This document shows, one piece after another, positions 28,580 to 36,372 of a stretch of 64,000 nt of DNA. The notes beneath the pieces were generated by a model. The model was not told the DNA's origin. It ran no database searches and saw only the letters and a program-made list of their open reading frames with translations. The stretch is from contig JAKSRI010000006.1 of NCBI GenBank assembly GCA_024403695.1, forward strand, positions 5,488 through 69,487, in the 5' to 3' direction. The translations under genes and the position numbers were made by a program. This DNA is from Saccharofermentans sp. Lineage in GTDB: Bacteria; Bacillota; Clostridia; Saccharofermentanales; Saccharofermentanaceae. Position 1 is the first letter of the stretch. Every line of letters starts with the position of its first letter.

Positions 28580-30762
28580 GAGCTAATATCATATCTATCA
28601 TTATAAATATCCACGAGAATAGCACCTGATTTATCGGTCTCGAATATTTGCACTCCCTCCAGTCTCTTAAGAACTTCTTCGGAGGGGTGACCATAATCGT
28701 TATATTTACCAACTGATATAACTGCATATTCTGGACTAACAACATCAAGAAATGCATCCGAAGTTGAATATCTACTACCATGGTGAGCGACCTTAAGAAT
28801 ATCAATATCATGAAGCATGTTATTATGCACTAATTCTGACTCTATCTCCATAGGGATATCACCTGTAAAAAGGACGATATAATCGTTATAAGTTAATTCC
28901 AAAACAACAGAACGATCATTAGATTCCTCATGCTCAAATAACGGATTAATACACTCTAAGGTAGCATTTCCAACTGTTATACAGTCACCAGATTTGATGA
29001 GACTAATGTTACTAATATCATCATCAGGATACGACGCCAGAATCGTGCCACATCTCCCCTGTTCTGCCAGATAACGAATTCCACCACAATGATCCTCATC
29101 CCAATGAGTTACCACAGTAAAGTCAGGAACAGTAATTCCGTAATAGTCCATAACTCCAGCTACAGTCTCCCCTTTGTCGTAAGCACCACCATCTATAAGG
29201 AGACTAGAGTCCTTACTTAGAACAAGAATACTGTCACCTTGCCCCACGTCAATAAAAATCACTTTTACGGCAGGGCACGAAATAAAACCATAACCACCAT
29301 AAACCAACGCAGTTACTGTAAGTAACGCCACCACTTTCGTTAACACACGTCTTATTACGCTCCCTGGTAAAACTAGCACTACACTTCCACCAAGCACGAC
29401 AAACGACACTAGAACTGAAATTCGAGTGGTATTTATAACAAAAGGAGCTTGAGAGGTTATCTTGGCAAGTTTATTAATTAAACCAATTAACAAATCACAA
29501 GGCAAAATAAACACTCTAGCTACATGTGCCAGTATGACGCCAGGAACAAATAATGTACAACATATTTGTGCAAGAAACGATGCGATAAACTGAAGTAAAA
29601 CCCTAATTAACCCAAGCTTAGGAGCTATTGTAGTCCAGAAAGGAATCATACCTATTTGAGCAGCAATTACTACACTTACAGATTCTGATAATGACCTAAG
29701 ATGATTATTAAGTCTGGCATCTATAAACCCAGACAATCCAATTATAGATATACAAAGCACAAAACTCATGAGAAAGCCAATGGATACTAGTGTAAATGGC
29801 GATAATAAGCCAAGAATGATTGTCGCCAGTCCTATTCCTGAAATTTTATCTCTGCTAATAAAAGAACAGCAGCTCATAAACGCTGCACGAACCACAGAAG
29901 CGGTAGCACCTGTCATAACAACAATAATACCTACAAACAAGAAGAAAGATGTTCCCTTAATTCGTTTATTCTTAATCTTACTGAAAATAAAAGGTACTAA
30001 AGCCATGAATCCACTGAAATGTGTGCCAGACACCGCTAGCAAGTGCGAGAGATTGCCTTCTTTAAACTGCGTCTTTGTGTCATCATCAATCAGAGACGTG
30101 TCTCCAAGAAACATTGCACCTGCAAGTTCGTAATTAATAAAGTTTCTTATTAGTCCTAATTTTAATCGATATATTCTCTTAAGAAATACGTCATATAATT
30201 CGACAAAATTTGTTTTATTTGAAAATACACTTGCCGAGCCACGGTATAGGTAACTAATTCCTTGATTTCTTAGAAAACTTGCATAATCAAATTCTCCAGG
30301 ATTAGATGGAGTCTCTGGAATTAGAAGTTTGCCATTCAATACAACATTTGACCACTTATAAGGACGATCTGATTCAAATGTATTAAACATAACTCGTCCG
30401 TACTGTGAATTATACAAAACAACTCGTGAAGAACCATCTAGACGGTCTTCTACACTTACCACTTTAAACACTTCATTAGATAGAGAAACATTATCTTCAT
30501 TCTGAGTTAATATTCCTGACTGATAAAGGCCTATAAATAGATATGAGATAAACGCTATACTTGCAATTATTATTAATCTTAGTCTCTTATCCACTAGACC
30601 CAACAATAGTAGCATCAACAGGAGCAATATAACAGCCACCAATATATGATTTTTTACTACACAAAGCATGAACATCACACCTGATACAGCAGGTATTACT
30701 AATGGACGTTTTTCTAGCTTAATTAATACTCTATCTACAACACTACTATCTAAAATCTTCAT
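28534..30762 (-). CDS. comEC: Competence channel ComEC/Rec2 with metallo-beta-lactamase domain
   Basis: P...NPGEFDY, HLLAVSGTH, SVVRAAFM, IDVGQGDS, THWDEDH, FTGDI, KVAHHGS. Confidence 0.93.
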   Translation of the reverse strand: MKILDSSVVDRVLIKLEKRPLVIPAVSGVMFMLCVVKNHILVAVILLLLMLLLLGLVDKRLRLIIIASIAFISYLFIGLYQSGILTQNEDNVSLSNEVFKVVSVEDRLDGSSRVVLYNSQYGRVMFNTFESDRPYKWSNVVLNGKLLIPETPSNPGEFDYASFLRNQGISYLYRGSASVFSNKTNFVELYDVFLKRIYRLKLGLIRNFINYELAGAMFLGDTSLIDDDTKTQFKEGNLSHLLAVSGTHFSGFMALVPFIFSKIKNKRIKGTSFFLFVGIIVVMTGATASVVRAAFMSCCSFISRDKISGIGLATIILGLLSPFTLVSIGFLMSFVLCISIIGLSGFIDARLNNHLRSLSESVSVVIAAQIGMIPFWTTIAPKLGLIRVLLQFIASFLAQICCTLFVPGVILAHVARVFILPCDLLIGLINKLAKITSQAPFVINTTRISVLVSFVVLGGSVVLVLPGSVIRRVLTKVVALLTVTALVYGGYGFISCPAVKVIFIDVGQGDSILVLSKDSSLLIDGGAYDKGETVAGVMDYYGITVPDFTVVTHWDEDHCGGIRYLAEQGRCGTILASYPDDDISNISLIKSGDCITVGNATLECINPLFEHEESNDRSVVLELTYNDYIVLFTGDIPMEIESELVHNNMLHDIDILKVAHHGSRYSTSDAFLDVVSPEYAVISVGKYNDYGHPSEEVLKRLEGVQIFETDKSGAILVDIYNDRYDISSYRSQAMITKDSSVC

Positions 30763-30768
30763 AGATTA

Positions 30769-30774
30769 ATTATA
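30769..30774 (-). promoter_or_regulatory. -10 box 6 nt upstream of the comEC ATG (leaderless-type)
   Basis: TATAAT-TAATCT-ATG; no SD; no consensus -35. Confidence 0.5.
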
Positions 30775-30806
30775 AGAAGAGCAGACTTGAGAAGCATTAG
30801 TTAAAA

Positions 30807-30833
30807 ACCGACATTTTCCGACAACATACGACA
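30807..30833. promoter_or_regulatory. Three CGACA direct repeats at an exact 10-bp period
   Basis: CGACA at 30809, 30819 and 30829 (TGTCG on the minus strand). Confidence 0.6.
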
Positions 30834-30856
30834 AACACAGATAATTCGATACAAAG

Positions 30857-30865
30857 TGATATAAT
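30857..30865 (+). promoter_or_regulatory. Extended -10 promoter of 30909-rqcH
   Basis: TGATATAAT; no consensus -35. Confidence 0.6.
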
Positions 30866-30908
30866 AGTAAAGTTATAAAGAAATGAATAAAGAAATCAGG
30901 GAGTAAAT

Positions 30909-31247
30909 ATGGCTACAAGGTCCAATTCCAGTTCAAGACAGGCACCACAGAGAAAGAAGCCTGCAAATAGTAATTCAAACAGAACTACAACTAGGAAAAC
31001 AACAACCAGAAAACAGCCTGAACCTGTTAATGTATCCTATTTTGATGCATTCAGAAAAAGCAAATTCTTTTGGCCTCTGGCTACAATTCTTATTATTGTA
31101 GTAGGTGTACTTCTTGATATTCTTTTCGCTTGGAATAATTACGATAGATTCTTCCTTATTCTCGGAATCGAACTTATTCTGGTGGCTATAGCATGGATTG
31201 TTATGCTCCTCTTAAGTCTCGGTTCAGAAGTAATGTCTGAAGATTAA
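30909..31247 (+). CDS. Small membrane protein with a basic disordered N-terminus and two TM helices
   Basis: GGGAG SD; R/K/S/T-rich N-terminus followed by two hydrophobic segments. Confidence 0.8.
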   Translation: MATRSNSSSRQAPQRKKPANSNSNRTTTRKTTTRKQPEPVNVSYFDAFRKSKFFWPLATILIIVVGVLLDILFAWNNYDRFFLILGIELILVAIAWIVMLLLSLGSEVMSED

Positions 31248-31261
31248 TAAGGTGGTATATA

Positions 31262-33175
31262 GTGGCACTTGATGGAATAACAACAGAACTTTTATCTCAT
31301 GAATTAAATTCAACTCTCGCTAACGGACGAGTTGATAAAATATTCATGCCTGATAAACATACTGTTATCCTTCACGTAAGGGTAAATGGTTCTGTTAAGA
31401 AACTTCTTATCAGCATTAGTCCATCCGCACCTAGAATTAATATCACTAATACTACTAGAGAGAATCCAATGATGCCTCCTTCTTTTTGTATGCTTCTTCG
31501 TAAGTATCTGGCAGGATCTCGCATCATCTCCGTAACAAACCCTGGATATGAGAGAATCGTTGAAATTCACTTGTCTACAACTGACGAACTTCACGATGTT
31601 AAAGAGATGCGTCTCACAGCGGAATTAATGGGCCGTTACAGTAACCTGATTCTCATCAATCAAAGTGGAAAAATCATCGACAGCGCTATACACGTTGACT
31701 GCTCTATAAATAGAGTACGTGAAGTTATGCCTGCCAGAATTTACGATTACCCTCCAAAGCAAGACAAATTCATCCCTGAGGTTGCAATAAGACTAGTAGA
31801 AGACAATAAACTACCAATAACTGAAGCAGAGATGGGCCGCCCTATTGGGAAAGCACTTCTCGGTTCTATTATGGGTCTCTCCCCTAATGTCGCACGTCAG
31901 TTATGCATCATCGCCAACGTGGACGAACGTCAGCCAGTTAAGGCTCTGAGCGAAAACGACAAGCAGAACATTATAGATGCTGCCTCTAACCTGCTTAAGC
32001 AGATAATTTCTAGAGACATTACTCCAGGAGTATATTTCACAGAAGATGATTTACCTGGTGATTATTCTCCATTTAATCTGGTAGGATTTGCACGCAAAGA
32101 ATCTACTGATACCCTCTCGGAGGCAATCGACTTATATTACGATACTAAGGAACACAATATTGATCTCGAGAACAAGAAACAGAGACTAAGTGCAATTATC
32201 AACACTGCGCTTAACCACGCTGTGCGTAAAGCTGATATTCACCGTAATGACTACGAAGAAGGTCTTATGGCTGAAGAATATAAGAAATGCGGTGACCTTA
32301 TCTTCTCTAACTCATGGATGATTACCGACAGAGCTGAAGTTATCACTTGCGTTGATTATTATGAAGATCCCCCAAAAGACGTGAAGATTAAGTTGGATCC
32401 TGCTCTTAGTGCTACTGATAATGCACAGGAATACTATAAGAAATTTCGTAAAGCAAAGCGTAAATTCGAGTTATCAGAGAAATATCTTAAGGATGACAAA
32501 CTTGCCATTGATTATTTCCGCTCACTTAAGGCAGCTGCCTGCGCATGTAACTGTGATGATGACGTAGCTGCACTTATGCAGGAAATCAAGGACATCTCTA
32601 CAGATAAAAACGAGAACAAGAAAAAGGGACCAAAGGTTGGTAAAGCTGACCCTAACACTACTGTTGGCATCGCGAAATCCGGTAACAAGTCTTCCCGTGC
32701 TTTACGTGAAGCTGCCAAGAAAGCAAACATGAAGCAGAAAGAGATTTCGCGCAAAAGCAGCGAGAAACCACTCCCTTGTCGTCGTTACACAACAGCTGAC
32801 GGACACACTATTCTTTGTGGTCGTAATAATATTCAGAACGAAGAATTAACTTTCCGTACTGCTGACCGTAAAGACTGGTGGTTCCATGTTAAAGGACTCC
32901 CTGGAACACACGTAATACTTAAAACAAACTCTAACGAAGAAATGCCATCTGATGAGGCTATCCTCGAAGCAGCTCAGTGTGCTGCATTCTTCTCACGTGA
33001 CATCATGATTGAGGAGCATAATGCTATTGAGGGTTCGCGTGCTGGTGAGATTAAAGCTGAAATTGATTATTGCCCTGTTTCTCACGTAAAGAAAATCCCC
33101 GGCGCGAAGCCAGGGATGGTAATCTACGAAGGTTATTATTCTATAATCGTTAACGCTATAGAACCAAAATCCTAA
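31262..33175 (+). CDS. rqcH: Ribosome quality control NFACT protein RqcH/FbpA
   Basis: MALDG, ELMGRYSNLIL, NAQEYYKKFRKAK, GRNNIQNEELT, WFHVKGLPGTHV, KPGMVIY. Confidence 0.93.
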   Translation: MALDGITTELLSHELNSTLANGRVDKIFMPDKHTVILHVRVNGSVKKLLISISPSAPRINITNTTRENPMMPPSFCMLLRKYLAGSRIISVTNPGYERIVEIHLSTTDELHDVKEMRLTAELMGRYSNLILINQSGKIIDSAIHVDCSINRVREVMPARIYDYPPKQDKFIPEVAIRLVEDNKLPITEAEMGRPIGKALLGSIMGLSPNVARQLCIIANVDERQPVKALSENDKQNIIDAASNLLKQIISRDITPGVYFTEDDLPGDYSPFNLVGFARKESTDTLSEAIDLYYDTKEHNIDLENKKQRLSAIINTALNHAVRKADIHRNDYEEGLMAEEYKKCGDLIFSNSWMITDRAEVITCVDYYEDPPKDVKIKLDPALSATDNAQEYYKKFRKAKRKFELSEKYLKDDKLAIDYFRSLKAAACACNCDDDVAALMQEIKDISTDKNENKKKGPKVGKADPNTTVGIAKSGNKSSRALREAAKKANMKQKEISRKSSEKPLPCRRYTTADGHTILCGRNNIQNEELTFRTADRKDWWFHVKGLPGTHVILKTNSNEEMPSDEAILEAAQCAAFFSRDIMIEEHNAIEGSRAGEIKAEIDYCPVSHVKKIPGAKPGMVIYEGYYSIIVNAIEPKS

Positions 33176-33181
33176 TAACTA

Positions 33182-34813
33182 TTATCCTTCTTCACCGCCA
33201 CCTGGAGCAGGCTCGACTGGAGCTGGCTCTGTTGGTGCTGGCTCAGTAGGTGCAGGCTCTGTTGGTGCTGCTGTAGGAGCTGTAGTTGTAGGAGTTGTCT
33301 CTGCAGGAGCTGTTGTACGAGCTGCTGTTGGTGGAGTATTAGGTACTGTTGGCTCACCGCCTCTTGGGATAGAAGTCTGAGCTGTCTCCTGTGTTGTAGG
33401 AGTTGTTATCTCTGTCTCATACTCAGAAAGCAATGGCTTAAGGATATAACCGTTAACACCATCAATAGTTACATAGTAGAACAAGCCAGTCTCGTCTTCA
33501 CCAAGAACAGTTACAGGCTCATTTACCTTAAGCTCAGCAATAACTGCACTAGTCTGATCATTCTTCTCATATGCCTTAACGGAATTTTCAACATCAATTG
33601 CATAAAGTATATGCTGCTCTTCATAATAAGCATTAGTGTCAATATCTACAGATTCTTCTGCAACTGTCTGAACCATAGTTGGAAGTGTTGTTTCTACAGT
33701 TGAAATCCAACCCTTCTTAACCATGAACAAGTAGGAACCACCAAAACCGATTCCAATAAACAAAAGAAGAATTCCAAGAACAATTGCAACGTCGATAAGA
33801 ATTGCCTTTTTCTTGTTTGGCGCTGGTTCATCTGGAACAATGGAATCTACAGAAGAATTGCCCTTGTATGCAAATGTTGTTGTATTACCTTCGTCATCGT
33901 CCTTAGGCTCATTAAACGCTGCAAATACGTCGTCCTTAACATCATCCTTCTTAACCGGTGCAGGCTTATCTGCTGTAGCACTAGCAAGAACTGCATCACC
34001 TGGAAGAAGTAATGTAGACTCTACCTTCATGGCAACAAGTGAAAGACCATACTTAACACCGTAGTTAACAGCGGCAATGATAATCTCACGTGCCTTCTCT
34101 TCTGTAGAAATATCCTTACAGATAACCATGTTACGCATCTGCTGTGGAATAGCCTTAGAAATACCATTGCCCATGAGATAAAGCTCATCGTTATCCTTAA
34201 GCTTAATATTTACCTTCTTCTCTGGAATAAGTTCTCCATCCTGTGGCATCTTACCAAGATACTGAGTAAGAGTGTCCTTCTCTGGATGATTCTTCTCTTC
34301 TTCTGGCTTAATAGCTCCCATCTGTACATATCTGTGAGCTACAGTCTGCTCCTCTGTAAGAGCCATAATTTTCTTATCTCTATAAAGAACAGCCTTTGTA
34401 TTACCAATATGAATAACTCTTAAGATATCACCCTCAACGACCATCATTGTCATAGATGTCTTAAGTGGTGTTCCACCCTTTGCAACAATGTAGCTACAAA
34501 CCTTGGAATTAAGTGTATTAACAACCTTCTTAGAAAAATTATCAAAATCAAGAACAGGCTGCTTATTTGTCTCTTCAACGATTGCAGCTAATTCCTTATT
34601 AAGTTCAATATTGAGAATAGCAGCAAGACTATCAGGACCAACAGTAGAGAAAATCGCACAAATCTGAATTGGAGATGTAGATCTAGCTACTCTGAAAAAC
34701 TCAGAAACAAATTCTGGCTCTGTTCTGTATAAACTATGAAAAAACACATTTTCCTGTGGCTTTCCCTGTACCTGGTTAGTCTCAAGAAGACATGTTGAAA
34801 CTGTTTTACTCAT
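33182..34813 (-). CDS. PP2C-fold pseudophosphatase + TM + SH3b-like domain + Pro/Thr/Ala tail
   Basis: IHIGNTKAV, LTEEQT, LTQYLG and LMGNGI align to PP2C motifs; KKK-TM; SH3-like EPVTVLGE...VNGYI; TEPAP repeats. Confidence 0.75.
   Translation of the reverse strand: MSKTVSTCLLETNQVQGKPQENVFFHSLYRTEPEFVSEFFRVARSTSPIQICAIFSTVGPDSLAAILNIELNKELAAIVEETNKQPVLDFDNFSKKVVNTLNSKVCSYIVAKGGTPLKTSMTMMVVEGDILRVIHIGNTKAVLYRDKKIMALTEEQTVAHRYVQMGAIKPEEEKNHPEKDTLTQYLGKMPQDGELIPEKKVNIKLKDNDELYLMGNGISKAIPQQMRNMVICKDISTEEKAREIIIAAVNYGVKYGLSLVAMKVESTLLLPGDAVLASATADKPAPVKKDDVKDDVFAAFNEPKDDDEGNTTTFAYKGNSSVDSIVPDEPAPNKKKAILIDVAIVLGILLLFIGIGFGGSYLFMVKKGWISTVETTLPTMVQTVAEESVDIDTNAYYEEQHILYAIDVENSVKAYEKNDQTSAVIAELKVNEPVTVLGEDETGLFYYVTIDGVNGYILKPLLSEYETEITTPTTQETAQTSIPRGGEPTVPNTPPTAARTTAPAETTPTTTAPTAAPTEPAPTEPAPTEPAPVEPAPGGGEEG
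33200..33275 (-). repeat. 15-bp-period tandem repeat encoding (T/V)EPAP units
   Basis: APTEPAPTEPAPTEPAPVEPAP at the C-terminus of 33182-34813. Confidence 0.85.
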
Positions 34814-34920
34814 AATAAATCACTCCGTCAGTTAGGTAATCTACCCAAATTAAACTAAATTATTATAACATATTTTAAGTTAACTGAAACAATATGGAAA
34901 CTATTTATCTTCACAATGAA

Positions 34921-34929
34921 TGCTATAAT
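34921..34929 (+). promoter_or_regulatory. Extended -10 promoter of the DUF3048 gene
   Basis: TGCTATAAT about 44 nt upstream of the ATG. Confidence 0.55.
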
Positions 34930-34972
34930 TATTACGTAGTAAATATACAAATTAATATAAGGAGATAGAATA

Positions 34973-36175
34973 ATGTTGAAAAAGAAAACACTTGCATTAT
35001 TTTTGTCATTTACACTTTTATTAGGTGTTACTTCTTGTAAGAAAGAAGAGGATTCTACTCCAAAAATGGTAGAAACAGTAGCAACTGTAGCTACAACAGA
35101 AACTACAGAGGCAGTTCCTGAGACTTCAGAGACTGAGCCTGCACCAGTAGAGCTTGAAGATCCACTTTACGATCCTTCCATTCCTTTTCTTGTAAACCCT
35201 ATGACAGGTGTACAGGATATGGACCCAGCTAACGAAGGTAATCGTTCTGTTGGTGTTGTAATTAATAACTGTGCAGCTGCACTTCCACAGAGAGGTGTAT
35301 CACAGGCTGATGCAATTTACGAGTATGAGACAGAGGGTGGTCAGACAAGACTTCTCGCTATGTTTGCAGATGTAAATTCCATCCCAGAGATGGGTTCCCT
35401 CAGATCAGCACGTATTGTTGCTTCTGATTTGTGCGCTAGTACAAACTCCATCTTCATCCATTACGGACGTAATGCACGAGTTCCTGATCATATCGCTAAG
35501 TATGGCATCGATCACATCGATGGTAACAACTGCTCTGCTGGCTCTTATAGTTCTAAGAACTATGAAGATGGTTACGTACCTCTTAGTGGTGGTCTTTTCT
35601 TCTGGAGAGATTCAACATGGCTTTCACAGAGAGCTCTCGAGCATACAGCTGTATCAGACGGACGTCATATCGCTGAGGGTATCGAGCATTATGGAATCGA
35701 TCTTAAGGGTGAGTCACCATTCCTCTTCAACTTTGTAGCAGATAATTCTATTGATATCGCCGAGCGTGGTGAGCCATGCAGCAAGATTAATGTATACTTC
35801 TCTGCAACTAATGATGATGCGCTCTTCACTTATGACCCTGAAACAAACCTTTACTACAAGTCACAGTATGAGGGTAAGGCTCAGATTGATGAGACAACTG
35901 GTGAGCAGATTGCTGTAACTAACGTTGTAGTTCTTTTCTGTCACGTTCTTAGAAACGCTGATGGTTATACACTTGATTACTACTTGCAGGATGGCACAGG
36001 AGCACTCTATATCAGTAATGGTAAGCTCGTTCAGTGCACTTACGAGAAGAAGAATCCTAATGATCCTATAAAGCTTTATAACCTTGATGGTGAGGAAATT
36101 GAAGTAAACCGTGGTAAGAGTTATATCTGTGCTGTTAACAGTGATAGAGTTCACCTTACTACTTGGGAAGGTTAA
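34973..36175 (+). CDS. DUF3048 family lipoprotein
   Basis: Lipobox VTSC, PQRGVSQADAIYEYETEGGQTR, GSLRSAR, TNVVVL, NRGKSYI. Confidence 0.85.
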   Translation: MLKKKTLALFLSFTLLLGVTSCKKEEDSTPKMVETVATVATTETTEAVPETSETEPAPVELEDPLYDPSIPFLVNPMTGVQDMDPANEGNRSVGVVINNCAAALPQRGVSQADAIYEYETEGGQTRLLAMFADVNSIPEMGSLRSARIVASDLCASTNSIFIHYGRNARVPDHIAKYGIDHIDGNNCSAGSYSSKNYEDGYVPLSGGLFFWRDSTWLSQRALEHTAVSDGRHIAEGIEHYGIDLKGESPFLFNFVADNSIDIAERGEPCSKINVYFSATNDDALFTYDPETNLYYKSQYEGKAQIDETTGEQIAVTNVVVLFCHVLRNADGYTLDYYLQDGTGALYISNGKLVQCTYEKKNPNDPIKLYNLDGEEIEVNRGKSYICAVNSDRVHLTTWEG

Positions 36176-36177
36176 TC

Positions 36178-36251
36178 GCTTACTAACCAATTTGCTTCTG
36201 TCCTCCGCGCTTCGCTTGTGCGTAAGTCCGCAAATTAGTTAGGTGCGCTAT
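36178..36251 (+). repeat. 74-bp palindromic element, copy 1
   Basis: 72/74 identical to the reverse complement of 38655-38728; internal 13-bp stem 36183-36195 / 36230-36242 with one mismatch. Confidence 0.95.
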
Positions 36252-36313
36252 ATAGTAGTGCGGAGGTCGCAAAATTAAAACATAATGTTCTTAGGAATAT
36301 ATAATGTTCACAT

Positions 36314-36349
36314 AAAAAGCTCCTGAATATAACGTTCAGGAGCTCTTTT
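36314..36349. terminator. Bidirectional terminator between convergent genes
   Basis: AAAAAGCTCCTGAA-7nt-TTCAGGAGCT-CTTTT. Confidence 0.85.
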
Positions 36350-36372
36350 ATTAGTTAATTTTTAATAACTAC

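Noticed and set aside
36243-36314. dif-like sequences (GGTGCGC at the element end; GTTCTTAGGAA-TATATA-ATGTTCACATA)
   Set aside because: Only partial matches to E. coli and B. subtilis dif arms, without the 11-6-11 inner palindrome; likely chance in AT-rich DNA.
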